A stretch of 51,509 nt of DNA from an uncultured Rikenellaceae bacterium (GTDB lineage: Bacteria; Bacteroidota; Bacteroidia; Bacteroidales; VadinHA17). The notes under the pieces are model-generated. The model saw nothing but the letters and a program-made list of their open reading frames with translations, was not told where the DNA came from and made no database searches. This document shows, piece by piece, positions 8,359 to 18,111 of this stretch. The stretch's first letter is position 1; each line of letters opens with the position of its first letter. The DNA lies in NCBI GenBank assembly GCA_964607105.1, contig CAZSJH010000001.1, positions 1 through 51,509 on the forward strand, given 5' to 3'. Position numbers and translations under genes: made by a program.

Positions 8359-9648
8359 ATGAAGAAACTTGGTAGATATATTGCCATATTTTTCTTGTTC
8401 ATGGGATCGTTTAGTATAGTTAAAGCACAGCAGGTCCCTTATGGAATCAATTATCAGGCTGTTGCCCGCGACAGTTATGGTAATGAGCTGGCAAATGAGA
8501 GGATAGATATACGTTTTACTGTTTTATCATCCACACCCCTGGGAACCGTTGAATATCAGGAAATGCATAATGATGTTTCAACATCAAGATTTGGAGTATT
8601 TTCCGTTACCATTGGCAAGGGAACACCCATCATGGGTGCCTGCGAATCATTTTCAGCTATAAGCTGGGAATTGGCTCCTCACTACCTGAAGGTGGAGATC
8701 AAATTTGAGAATGATTTTCTTGAGATGGGTACAATGCAATTTCTGAGTGTTCCATATGCACTGTATGCAGCCAAATCGCTCGAACCAGGTCCTCCAGGCC
8801 CCAAAGGAGACAAAGGTGACGCCGGCGACCCGGCCAGCGACGACCAGAAACTATCTTTTGATGGTGAAAATTTAAGTATTGACGGCGGTTCGGATGGAAA
8901 TGGTGCAATCAGTACTGTAAATCTGGGCGCATTGCTCAATGTGGATGATGATGATGCGGATCCTGAAAATGAAATACAGGACCTGAGAATTGAAAATGAT
9001 GTACTAAGAATAACGAATAATACCGAACCAAGCGCAATTGACCTGACTAAATACCTTGACAACACCGATATGCAAGCCCTCACATTTACTACATCCGATA
9101 GCAGCATACTTATAAGCGGTGGAAATTCAATAGATCTGGCACCGGTATTGAGAGATGCTGATACAAGCCCGGTAAATGAGTTAATTACTGATTTTCAACT
9201 TGATGGTTCGGAGATTATAATTAAGGAAGGCACTAATGAAAAAAGTATTGACCTGAGCAGTAATATTGTAGCTTTCAGAGCCAAAAAGACTGTCAATACA
9301 GATGCAGCCATGCCTCTTTCAAATGTTGATTTTATTCCTGATACCCCCGAGTTTAATGATGGTTTGGCTTTTAATCTGTCAACAGGGGAATTTACAGCAT
9401 CGTATGGCGGTATTTACACCTTTGATATTACATACAGTGCTGATGGTACCGGTAGTGGCAGGGTATTAATGATCTATAAGAATGGCAATGTATACCAGAA
9501 TCTTGGTGAAGACATATCAAGTGGTACAAAACTGTTCAGAACAGTTACCATGAAGCTAAACGGCCAGGACAGAGTGAAATTAGTTATCCATACGGGTACA
9601 GGTACTTCTATAGGAACAGGCGTTTTCTCAGGTTACAAGGTCTTCTAG
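8359..9648 (+). CDS. exported protein with collagen-like G-X-Y triplets, four L-x-I-x-G-x-x-IDL modules and a C1q/TNF-like C-terminal head
   Basis: 429 aa. Signal peptide (IVKAQ), GPPGPKGDKGDAGDP at 8788..8832. The C-terminal 126 aa (9268..9645) contain AFRA, FNLSTGEFTASYGGIYTF, KNG, DRVKLVI and FSGYKVF at the spacing of the C1q signature. Confidence 0.7.
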   Translation: MKKLGRYIAIFFLFMGSFSIVKAQQVPYGINYQAVARDSYGNELANERIDIRFTVLSSTPLGTVEYQEMHNDVSTSRFGVFSVTIGKGTPIMGACESFSAISWELAPHYLKVEIKFENDFLEMGTMQFLSVPYALYAAKSLEPGPPGPKGDKGDAGDPASDDQKLSFDGENLSIDGGSDGNGAISTVNLGALLNVDDDDADPENEIQDLRIENDVLRITNNTEPSAIDLTKYLDNTDMQALTFTTSDSSILISGGNSIDLAPVLRDADTSPVNELITDFQLDGSEIIIKEGTNEKSIDLSSNIVAFRAKKTVNTDAAMPLSNVDFIPDTPEFNDGLAFNLSTGEFTASYGGIYTFDITYSADGTGSGRVLMIYKNGNVYQNLGEDISSGTKLFRTVTMKLNGQDRVKLVIHTGTGTSIGTGVFSGYKVF

Positions 9649-9662
9649 CCCTGATCTTTCAA

Positions 9663-11195
9663 TTAACGCCCGGCTTCTTCCATAAGTGGCCTGTATTTTT
9701 CCATCAATTCCCTGTTCAGATCAAGTGGGGGCTCAGCTCCTTCCGGCAGCAGTGATTTGTATGGATGATTTTTTGAATACTCCGCAAACTCTTCTTTAAT
9801 ATCTTCGAGTACCTGAGGCCTTGTGAACAGGTCAATGGCTGTTGCTGCCATTACTTTAGCTCCCGTGTTGAGCCCCTTCCATGCAGATGAACCATAGTAA
9901 GCCGAAACTGCTGACCAGTGATGGCCTATCATACCAGGAACACCACCGGGAAACCTCAGGGTGGCAGTTGGAGCAATAAGGGTAACTTCACCCACATCTG
10001 ATGAGCCCCCGCCTACCTGTATTTCAGAAGGTATTTTAAGTTTGGAAACTTCTTCGGGATAGCCTTTCTCTTCTTTACCCAGCTCCTTTTGCAACGCTTT
10101 GGCAAATTTGTTTTCCTCCTCTGTCCATTCAGGCATCCCCACCAGATCAATATTTGACTGGATGAGTTCAGCCATACCACGGTTGGCATGTCGCTGGTGA
10201 ATGCCTGTCAGTACCCTGATATCTTCCAGTTTTGTATTTGTGGCGAGTGCTGCTCCCCTGGCACAATTAACAATTTTGTCATACATTTCTTCGATACGCT
10301 CATCTGTGTTTCTTACATAATACCATACAGAAGCTTTATCGGGAACAACATTCGGAGCTTCTCCTCCCTCCATTATTACATAGTGAAGCCGGTGTGTATA
10401 GTGGAGGTGTTCCCTGAGGTAGTTCGCAGAAATATTCATTATCTCAACTGCATCAAGGGCGCTTCTTCCTTCCCAGGGAGCACCTGCAGAATGAGAAGTT
10501 TTGCCACTGAAGGTGAATATGACTGAAATGAGGGCGTTACCACTTACACCAAAGTCAGTACCCATATTACTTGAAGAATGGTTATCTATAACCGCATCTA
10601 CATCATCGAAAACACCTGCCCTTACCATGTATGGGCGGCTTATAACAGTCTCCTCGGCCGGTGATCCGAAGAATTTTATTGTTCCTTTAATATTATTTTC
10701 CTCCATGCTTTTCTTAACGGCTATAACTGTAGCCACTCCTGCTGTCCCCATCATATTATGGCCGCAGCCGTGCCCCGGTGCTCCTTTCACCAGGGGATCC
10801 TGGTAAGGCACCCTGCCTTTCTGGGAGAGCATGGGCAGAGCATCAAATTCACCCAGGACACCAATCACTGGTTTCCCTTCCCCCCATGTTGCAATAAAGC
10901 AGGTAGGCATGCCTGCCACATTGCGTTCAACATTAAATCCTTCGTCCTCAAGTGTTTCAATAAGCAATGCAGCCGATTTAAATTCCTGTAAACCCAGTTC
11001 AGCATAGCTCCAGATCCTATCCGCAATCTTACCAAACCTGTCAAGAGTGCTTGCCTGCTCAAGGAAGTTAAGGGCTGTTTTTTTCTCTTTGCTCAGCCTG
11101 GCCTTGGGTACTTCAACAATATTTTCCTGTGCACCGGCAGGCCCGGGAATTACCAACAATAAAATAAATAAAATAGTCAGCCTGTATGGTCTCAT
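9663..11195 (-). CDS. M20 family amidohydrolase/peptidase (AbgB-like), secreted
   Basis: 510 aa. Signal peptide, GEFDALP, PGHGCGHN, GSPAEE motifs. Confidence 0.85.
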   Translation of the reverse strand: MRPYRLTILFILLLVIPGPAGAQENIVEVPKARLSKEKKTALNFLEQASTLDRFGKIADRIWSYAELGLQEFKSAALLIETLEDEGFNVERNVAGMPTCFIATWGEGKPVIGVLGEFDALPMLSQKGRVPYQDPLVKGAPGHGCGHNMMGTAGVATVIAVKKSMEENNIKGTIKFFGSPAEETVISRPYMVRAGVFDDVDAVIDNHSSSNMGTDFGVSGNALISVIFTFSGKTSHSAGAPWEGRSALDAVEIMNISANYLREHLHYTHRLHYVIMEGGEAPNVVPDKASVWYYVRNTDERIEEMYDKIVNCARGAALATNTKLEDIRVLTGIHQRHANRGMAELIQSNIDLVGMPEWTEEENKFAKALQKELGKEEKGYPEEVSKLKIPSEIQVGGGSSDVGEVTLIAPTATLRFPGGVPGMIGHHWSAVSAYYGSSAWKGLNTGAKVMAATAIDLFTRPQVLEDIKEEFAEYSKNHPYKSLLPEGAEPPLDLNRELMEKYRPLMEEAGR

Positions 11196-11221
11196 GATTA
11201 ATTGATTATTAATTAGTATAT

Positions 11222-11229
11222 CAAAGATA
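11222..11229 (-). promoter_or_regulatory. -7 box (TATCTTTG on - strand) for the M20 gene
   Basis: The + strand reads caaagata, 27 nt upstream of ATG 11195. Confidence 0.4.
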
Positions 11230-11302
11230 AATTTAAGGATTTTATCTGCTAATAAAATGCATATGCTTGTAAAACATGTTTTTTTAATACTGGATTTTAT
11301 TA

Positions 11303-11692
11303 TTATTTCTTTTTCCCCAGTGATAGCAGGGCTATTATGGTCCCTATTAATATACCGGCCACATTAAGGCCAAGATCATGCAGTTCAAAGTCGCGGAAGG
11401 GTAAAAAAACCTGAATAACTTCAACAACTACGGCGAAGGTAATGAGCGTGTACAAAGTAATTCTTATCGTCCTTCCTTGCGTTGGCTCGTAGACAAAAGA
11501 AATTATTGCCAGGAAAGCGAGCAATACATGTTCCAGGAAGTGAACAGGATAGTCAAGGCGTATAGGGATTGGTTTGCCACCTATCCTCGGGATAGGTAGA
11601 TCCGGTAATATAGCAAGGACTATTACAAGGATAACCCATATTGCAAGAAGAATCCTTGCATAAGGTCTGAATCTGTTCATTAATTTTCCCAT
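11303..11692 (-). CDS. VanZ family membrane protein
   Basis: 129 aa, 4 hydrophobic segments. FLPFRDFELHDLGLNVAGILIG resembles the VanZ C-terminal motif. Alternative start at 11680. Confidence 0.65.
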   Translation of the reverse strand: MGKLMNRFRPYARILLAIWVILVIVLAILPDLPIPRIGGKPIPIRLDYPVHFLEHVLLAFLAIISFVYEPTQGRTIRITLYTLITFAVVVEVIQVFLPFRDFELHDLGLNVAGILIGTIIALLSLGKKK

Positions 11693-11711
11693 AAACTCTC
11701 AAATTGAAATG

Positions 11712-11719
11712 CAAAAGTA
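11712..11719 (-). promoter_or_regulatory. -7 box (TACTTTTG on - strand) for the VanZ gene
   Basis: The + strand reads caaaagta. It is divergent from the prfB promoter 33 nt away. Confidence 0.4.
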
Positions 11720-11751
11720 ATATTATTCTTGTGAGTGCAATATCAAAAGGC

Positions 11752-11759
11752 TAATTTTG
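11752..11759 (+). promoter_or_regulatory. -7 box TAATTTTG for prfB
   Basis: Perfect TAnnTTTG 17 nt before ATG 11776. TTG at 11729..11731 sits at -33 spacing. Confidence 0.45.
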
Positions 11760-11775
11760 CAGAAAACAGGAGAAT

Positions 11776-12865
11776 ATGGTTTCAATAGAGCAGATAAAAG
11801 ATTTAGCCGAACGCCGGGATGCGTTAAGGAGGTTTCTTTGACATCGATAACAAAAAGAAACAGATAGAGGAAGAAGAGATAATAACCAGGCAGCCTGAAT
11901 TCTGGAATGACCCTGGCGCGGCAGAGGAACATATGAAAAAGATTTCAGGACTTAAATCATGGGTATCATCATATGAGGAAATGAGTACTGCGGTTGATGA
12001 TCTGCATGTAATATATGATTTCTTCAGGGAAGGGGAAGCCGGAGAGGAAGATCTTGATGACCAGTTTGCTATCGCTTTGAAGTATATGGATGAACTGGAA
12101 CTTAAAAATATGCTGCGTAAGGATGAAGACCAGCTGGGAGCATATCTTAAGATAAATGCCGGAGCCGGGGGGACAGAAAGTAATGACTGGGCAGATATGC
12201 TGATGAGAATGTATATAAGATGGGGAGAACGCAATGATTATAAGGTAAGGGAACTGGATTTTCAACCAGGTGATGAGGTAGGGGTGAAGTCAGTCACTCT
12301 GGAATTCACCGGTGAAAGAGCTTATGGATACCTTAAAAGTGAAAACGGAGTGCACAGGCTGGTAAGAATATCACCGTTCAATGCCCAGGGTAAGAGACAG
12401 ACAACTTTTGCTTCTGTTTTTGTCTCTCCAGTTATAGATTCAAGAATTGATATTGAAGTAAATCCCGCAGATGTTACATGGGAAACATTCAGATCGAGTG
12501 GAGCCGGGGGCCAGAATGTGAACAAGGTGGAAACAGCGGTGCGCTTGCGCCATCGCCCTACAGGACTTGTTATTGAAAACCAGGAAACCCGTTCACAAAT
12601 GAAGAACAAGGAAAATGCCCTGCGTATACTAAAGTCAAATCTTTATGAGCTTGAACTCAGGAAACAGATGGAAGAAAAGCAAAAGATTGAAGGGCAAAAG
12701 AAAAAAATAGAGTGGGGCTCACAGATAAGGTCCTATGTGTTGCATCCATATAAAATGGTGAAGGATCTCAGGACAAGTTATGAGACCGGAAATGTACAGT
12801 CAGTATTGGATGGTGATCTTAATGACTTCATAAAGGCATACCTGATGGAATTCGGAAAGGAATGA
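11776..12865 (+). CDS. prfB: peptide chain release factor 2, join(11776..11838,11840..12865) with programmed +1 frameshift
   Basis: Frame 0 encodes [21 protein letters not shown] and then UGA (11839..11841). Shifting +1 continues [34 protein letters not shown] into the track ORF 11933..12865, which carries [15 protein letters not shown] (GGQ) and the RF2 body. Total 362 aa. Confidence 0.95.
11827..11842 (+). other. RF2 autoregulatory +1 frameshift site AGGAGG-UUU-CUU-UGA-C
   Basis: Internal SD-like AGGAGG (11827..11832), 3-nt spacer, slippery CUU (11836..11838), UGA followed by C. The layout matches the classical prfB recoding site. Confidence 0.9.
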
Positions 12866-12869
12866 CAAA

Positions 12870-12900
12870 AAGCATGGATTAATTCATGCTTATTTCTTTT
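12870..12900 (+). terminator. candidate prfB terminator
   Basis: Stem aagcatg (12870..12876) / catgctt (12885..12891), 8-nt loop, then a T-rich tail atttctttt. Confidence 0.45.
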
Positions 12901-12907
12901 AACTTTG
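12900..12907 (+). promoter_or_regulatory. -7 box TAACTTTG for mutA-mutB
   Basis: Perfect TAnnTTTG 26 nt before ATG 12933. Confidence 0.4.
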
Positions 12908-12932
12908 CCCGATAAACATCACTATTTGGAAA

Positions 12933-14792
12933 ATGCCTGAAAAAGAAAAGCTTTTTGAACAATTTCCACCTGTTACTACTGAAGAGTGGATGAACAGTGT
13001 GAAGGCTGACCTGAAGGGACAGGATTTCGACAGGAAGCTTGTCTGGAAAACGACCGAGGGAATCAGCGTAAATCCTTTCTACCGCCGTGAGGATATAGAA
13101 TCATTGCCACATATTGATAAGCCTCCCGGGGAGTTTCCTTTCCTGAGGGGGATATATCCTGGAAGGAATGAATGGTATATAAGACAGGATATAAATGTCA
13201 AAGATCCACAAGAGGCAAACAGGAAAGCCCTTGACATACTCAACAGGGGTGTTACCTCGCTTGGATTTATTTTCGGGGAGGAAACAGATTATACACTCGA
13301 ACTGATGGAGTCGCTTCTTAATGGAATATATTGTGAAAGTATAGAAATTAATTTCTCCCCGGGGGGAAAATCAAAAGAGCTCTTCAATGTTTTTTCCTCC
13401 TATATAAGGAATAAGGGATTAAAACCCGATAGTGTAAAGGGAGCAATTGAAACAGATCCCCTTGGAAGATTAATGGTTAACGGTACTTTATTCATACCTG
13501 TAAAAGCCGGGATGGATTATCTTTCTGAACTGGTGGAAAGTGCTGCTTACCTTGAAAATTACAGGCTTATAAGTATTAACGGTGCTGCATTTGGTAATGC
13601 CGGATCAGGTATAGTAAAGGAGCTAGCCTTTTCTATGGCCATGGGCAGTGAATACCTTTCACAGTTAACCGAGAGGGGAATAAATACGGATATTGCTGCC
13701 AGATCGATGGGATTTAAATTCGGGATAGGGTCTAATTACTTTATGGAAATAGCCAGGATAAGGGCTGCCAGGGTACTGTGGGCAATAATTGTGGATGCTT
13801 ATAAACCGAAATCAAAAGAGGCATGTAAAATATATGTTCATTCGCTTACAAGTGAATGGAATAAAACAGTATATGATCCCTATGTGAATATGCTGAGAAC
13901 ACAGACAGAAGCAATGTCAGCCACATTGGGAGGCACTAATTCCCTTACTGTTCTGCCTTTTGACATTATTTTCAGGGAGCCTACGGAATTTTCTGAAAGG
14001 ATAGCAAGAAACCAGCAGATATTACTCATGGAAGAGTCTCATTTTGACAAGGTTAATGATCCCTCGGCAGGCTCTTACTACATTGAGAAACTTACTGCTT
14101 CCATTACTGAGCATGCATGGAAGCTCTTTGTTGAAGTTGAGAATGAAGGAGGTTTTCTTACATGTCTGCAGAAGGGCTCATTACAGGCAAGGGTGAAAGA
14201 GACAGCTGAAAAAAAAAGAACAGATATCAGGAGGAGGAAGGGAAAATTACTGGGCATAAATATTTTTCCCAACGAGGAGGACATAATTAAAACTGTAAAC
14301 AAAAAAGTATTCAAGGAAGATAAAGATACATATGAAGTAGAACCCTTAAACTTATTCAGGGCTGCCGAAGAGTTTGAAAACCTGAGAAAGGCTGTTGACC
14401 GGCTGGACAAACCACCGGTGGTATTTCTGTTAACGATAGGAGATCCTGTGATGCGTAAGGCCAGGTCTCAGTTTGCACATGGCTTTTTTGGCTGTGCAGG
14501 GTATAAGATTATAGATAATATAGGCTTTGATGATCCTGAAGAAGGCGTTAATGCAGTTGTGAAGGCCAGGGCAGATATTGTTGTGGTATGTAGCTCTGAC
14601 GAGGAATATGCTGATTATGTACCGCGTATAAATAAACTGATGAAGGTGAAAAACAAACCAATACTTGTTGTGGCAGGTGAGCCTGCTTGTATGGACAAGC
14701 TGAGGAGTGAGGGAATTCATCATTCTATCAGCATAAGATCGAATTTACTGGAAACACTCAGGGAATATAACAGGGAGCTGGGTATTAATTAA
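12933..14792 (+). CDS. mutA: methylmalonyl-CoA mutase small (beta) subunit
   Basis: 619 aa, mutase-fold similarity (FMEIARIRAARVLWA, RNQQILLMEESH) but no DxHxxG B12-ligand motif. Directly upstream of the large subunit. Confidence 0.85.
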   Translation: MPEKEKLFEQFPPVTTEEWMNSVKADLKGQDFDRKLVWKTTEGISVNPFYRREDIESLPHIDKPPGEFPFLRGIYPGRNEWYIRQDINVKDPQEANRKALDILNRGVTSLGFIFGEETDYTLELMESLLNGIYCESIEINFSPGGKSKELFNVFSSYIRNKGLKPDSVKGAIETDPLGRLMVNGTLFIPVKAGMDYLSELVESAAYLENYRLISINGAAFGNAGSGIVKELAFSMAMGSEYLSQLTERGINTDIAARSMGFKFGIGSNYFMEIARIRAARVLWAIIVDAYKPKSKEACKIYVHSLTSEWNKTVYDPYVNMLRTQTEAMSATLGGTNSLTVLPFDIIFREPTEFSERIARNQQILLMEESHFDKVNDPSAGSYYIEKLTASITEHAWKLFVEVENEGGFLTCLQKGSLQARVKETAEKKRTDIRRRKGKLLGINIFPNEEDIIKTVNKKVFKEDKDTYEVEPLNLFRAAEEFENLRKAVDRLDKPPVVFLLTIGDPVMRKARSQFAHGFFGCAGYKIIDNIGFDDPEEGVNAVVKARADIVVVCSSDEEYADYVPRINKLMKVKNKPILVVAGEPACMDKLRSEGIHHSISIRSNLLETLREYNRELGIN

Positions 14793-14810
14793 TCATTATT
14801 AAGGCTTAAC

Positions 14811-16964
14811 ATGAGACCATCATTCAATAAATCAGATATTAACAGAGACCTGGGGGCTGGGATAGATTTCAGGGAATGGGAAAAGAGTATGGGTATAGAA
14901 AAGGACTGGCTTACACCGGAAAAGATACCTGTGAAAAGCACTTATTCAGGGAAGGATCTCGAGGATATGGAGCACCTTGATTATGCGGCCGGTCTGCCAC
15001 CATATCTCCGGGGGCCCTATTCGGCAATGTATGCTATGAGACCCTGGACCATAAGACAGTATGCAGGATTTTCCACTGCCGAAGAATCAAATGCTTTTTA
15101 CAGGAGAAACCTGGCAGCAGGGCAGAAAGGTTTGTCCGTGGCTTTTGATCTAGCTACACACAGGGGTTATGATTCAGACCATGAAAGAGTTGTTGGGGAC
15201 GTTGGGAAAGCAGGTGTGGCAGTTGACTCCATACTTGATATGAAAATATTGTTCGATCAGATACCTCTCAATAAGATGTCGGTTTCAATGACTATGAACG
15301 GTGCTGTACTGCCCATAATGGCGTTCTATATAGTTGCAGCCCTCGAACAGGGAGCAAAGCTGGAAGAATTATCAGGAACCATTCAAAATGATATACTGAA
15401 AGAGTTCATGGTAAGGAACACATATATATATCCGCCCGACTTTTCTATGAGAATAATAGCTGATATCTTCAGGTATACCTCTGAAAAAATGCCGCGTTTT
15501 AATTCGATAAGCATATCGGGTTATCATATGCAGGAAGCGGGAGCTACCTGTGATATTGAACTGGCATATACACTGGCAGACGGGCTGGAATATCTCCGGG
15601 CAGGATTGGATGCAGGTCTCAATATTGACACTTTTGCACCACGAATATCCTTTTTCTGGGCAGTGGGAATGAATCATTTCATGGAAATAGCCAAGATGCG
15701 TGCTGCAAGAATATTGTGGGCCAAGATTGTAAAACGTTTCAATCCTGAAAATCCCAAGTCGATGGCACTCAGGACTCATTCACAGACCTCTGGCTGGAGC
15801 CTCACAGAGCAGGATCCTTACAATAATGTGGGAAGGACCTGTATAGAAGCCATGGCAGCTGCTCTGGGTCATACCCAGAGCCTTCATACAAATGCACTGG
15901 ACGAGGCTATTGCTTTACCTACGGATTTCTCTGCCAGGATAGCGAGAAACACACAGATATACCTGCAGGAAGAAACACAGATATGTCGTGCAGTAGACCC
16001 CTGGGCAGGGTCATATTATGTTGAAAATCTTACCCATGAACTGGCACACCGGGCATGGGATCTAATTATGGAGGTTGAAGAACTGGGAGGAATGGCAAAG
16101 GCAATTGAATCAGGTGTGCCTAAGATGAGAATTGAAGAAGCTTCTGCACGCACCCAGGCTAGAATTGATTCAAGAAACCAGACAATAGTGGGATTAAATA
16201 AGTACAGGCTTGAAAGGGAAGACCCCCTGGAAATACTGGAAGTTGATAATACATCAGTTCGTGAGGCACAATTAAAAAGAATTGCTAAATTGAAATCCGA
16301 AAGAAATGAGGATGAGTGCAGGGAAGCATTGAATAAATTAACTGAAGCTGCTGAGAGTGGCCATGGCAACCTGCTCGAGCTGGCTGTTGAAGCTGCAGCG
16401 AAAAGAGCAAGCCTCGGTGAGATTTCTTATGCATGCGAAAAAGTAATAGGAAGGTATAAAGCAGTGGTACGATCAATTTCAGGTGTTTATTCCTCTGAAT
16501 ACAAAAATGACAACGATTTTGAGGAAGCACGTAAAATGACAAGGCAATTTGCTGAAAAAGAAGGACGACAGCCGCGGATAATGATAGCCAAGATGGGACA
16601 GGATGGACATGACAGAGGGGCTAAAGTGGTTTCTACAGGGTATGCCGATATTGGCTTTGATGTTGATATAGGTCCCTTATTCCAGACCCCTGCCGAGGCT
16701 GCACGACAGGCCGTTGAGAATGATGTGCATATACTTGGTGTATCAAGCCTGGCTGCAGGGCATAAAACCCTTATTCCACAGGTCATCGGGGAACTGAAAA
16801 AGCATGGGAGGGAAGATATACTGGTTATTGCAGGGGGTGTAATACCTGTTCAGGATTATAAATTTCTATATGATGCAGGAGTGGCAGCAATATTCGGACC
16901 GGGCACATCTGTGTCAACAGCAGCAAAAAAGATTCTTGGTATATTGCTACACACAATAGATTGA
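14811..16964 (+). CDS. mutB: methylmalonyl-CoA mutase large (alpha) subunit, B12-binding
   Basis: 717 aa. [33 protein letters not shown], and the C-terminal cobalamin-binding [12 protein letters not shown]. Confidence 0.95.
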   Translation: MRPSFNKSDINRDLGAGIDFREWEKSMGIEKDWLTPEKIPVKSTYSGKDLEDMEHLDYAAGLPPYLRGPYSAMYAMRPWTIRQYAGFSTAEESNAFYRRNLAAGQKGLSVAFDLATHRGYDSDHERVVGDVGKAGVAVDSILDMKILFDQIPLNKMSVSMTMNGAVLPIMAFYIVAALEQGAKLEELSGTIQNDILKEFMVRNTYIYPPDFSMRIIADIFRYTSEKMPRFNSISISGYHMQEAGATCDIELAYTLADGLEYLRAGLDAGLNIDTFAPRISFFWAVGMNHFMEIAKMRAARILWAKIVKRFNPENPKSMALRTHSQTSGWSLTEQDPYNNVGRTCIEAMAAALGHTQSLHTNALDEAIALPTDFSARIARNTQIYLQEETQICRAVDPWAGSYYVENLTHELAHRAWDLIMEVEELGGMAKAIESGVPKMRIEEASARTQARIDSRNQTIVGLNKYRLEREDPLEILEVDNTSVREAQLKRIAKLKSERNEDECREALNKLTEAAESGHGNLLELAVEAAAKRASLGEISYACEKVIGRYKAVVRSISGVYSSEYKNDNDFEEARKMTRQFAEKEGRQPRIMIAKMGQDGHDRGAKVVSTGYADIGFDVDIGPLFQTPAEAARQAVENDVHILGVSSLAAGHKTLIPQVIGELKKHGREDILVIAGGVIPVQDYKFLYDAGVAAIFGPGTSVSTAAKKILGILLHTID

Positions 16965-17019
16965 TAGAGACCATGAAAAATTTCTGGACTTTCTGAACGT
17001 TTTGTCGTAAATTGTAACA

Positions 17020-17571
17020 ATGATGTATTACACTAATAAAATAAACATTAAAAATCAATTTAAAATCCTGGCAATTTCGTGTCTAATGCTTGCTTTTACA
17101 CTCAATTCATTGTTGGCCCAGGAAAAGGATGAATATGATTATTTTGATCCACAAACATGGTTACTCGGAGATTTTACCTATAATTCAATGCTAAATGAAC
17201 CTCATGGAAACTGGTTCAGTAAGGAATTTAGAGATTACGAACTTGATGAGGAAGCCTTTATTGAGCTTGAAAAATCAGGCCTTGGCAACATTGATATAAT
17301 AGTGGTGATGGGCACATGGTGCTCCGACAGCAGGCGTGAAGTGCCGCGCTTTATGAAAATAATTGAAACCCTGGGTTATGATAAGAACCGCATCCGTTTC
17401 GTTGGCGTAGATTCTTACAAAGAAGCACCGATAACAGGATATGATTCCTTAAGCATTGAGCGGGTACCCACTTTTATATTTTATAGTAATAAATTTGAAC
17501 TGGGACGCATCATTGAATATCCCGAAGCGTCTTTAGAGAGAGATATGTTAAAGATATTAACCAGGAAATAA
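17020..17571 (+). CDS. exported thioredoxin-fold protein with monothiol WCSDS motif
   Basis: 183 aa. Signal peptide (LLAQ), VVMGTWCSDSRREVPRF (CxxS in place of CxxC), cis-Pro context RVPTFIFY. Confidence 0.7.
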   Translation: MMYYTNKINIKNQFKILAISCLMLAFTLNSLLAQEKDEYDYFDPQTWLLGDFTYNSMLNEPHGNWFSKEFRDYELDEEAFIELEKSGLGNIDIIVVMGTWCSDSRREVPRFMKIIETLGYDKNRIRFVGVDSYKEAPITGYDSLSIERVPTFIFYSNKFELGRIIEYPEASLERDMLKILTRK

Positions 17572-17603
17572 AAGATATACAAAATAGCAAAAACCAAATA
17601 ATT

Positions 17604-18107
17604 ATGGAAGAGGAGATTAAAAACACAGGACATGGCATGGGTGTTGCTGCATTGATAATGGGCATCATCAGCATTGTAATTGCGATTATACCCTGCATAG
17701 GAGCTCTGGCTTTCTTTACAGGTATAGTGGCAATAGTGCTCGGGGCAATAGGATTGTCGCAAGCCTCACAGACCTCAACCCCTAAAGGGCTACAGATAGG
17801 AGGCCTGGTAACAGGTGCCCTGGCACTGCTTATAGCAATTAGCCAGATGGTACTTATCGGGGGATTTTCAAAGAACTTTGATAATATCGGGGAAAGGATT
17901 GAAGAAGCTTTTAAAGATGTTGAGAAAGATTTAAGAGAGGATTTTGAAACCGGGAATTTTAAAATTACCATCGAAGATGGTGAAGATAAGATTCAAATAG
18001 AAGGATCATCTAAAAAAGAAGAACTTCTGGATGAATTGGAGAAACTGGAAGAAGTTGAACAGGTAAAAGAAGATACACTACAAATAGATACCACTGTACA
18101 AAAGTGA
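17604..18107 (+). CDS. small membrane protein (DUF4190-like N-terminus, acidic coiled C-terminal tail)
   Basis: 167 aa. Glycine/alanine-rich hydrophobic helices in residues ~12-95, then an E/D/K-rich tail. Confidence 0.5.
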   Translation: MEEEIKNTGHGMGVAALIMGIISIVIAIIPCIGALAFFTGIVAIVLGAIGLSQASQTSTPKGLQIGGLVTGALALLIAISQMVLIGGFSKNFDNIGERIEEAFKDVEKDLREDFETGNFKITIEDGEDKIQIEGSSKKEELLDELEKLEEVEQVKEDTLQIDTTVQK

Positions 18108-18111
18108 CAAT

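Noticed and set aside
12866-12932. Cobalamin riboswitch expected upstream of the B12-dependent methylmalonyl-CoA mutase genes
   Set aside because: Only 67 nt are available, and they are occupied by a terminator hairpin and a -7 box. That is far too short for a cobalamin riboswitch.
17510-17971. 153-aa - strand ORF overlapping 17604..18107
   Set aside because: It is antisense to a membrane-protein gene with a better start context that sits in an operon-like + strand series. It is serine/isoleucine-rich, a typical shadow frame.
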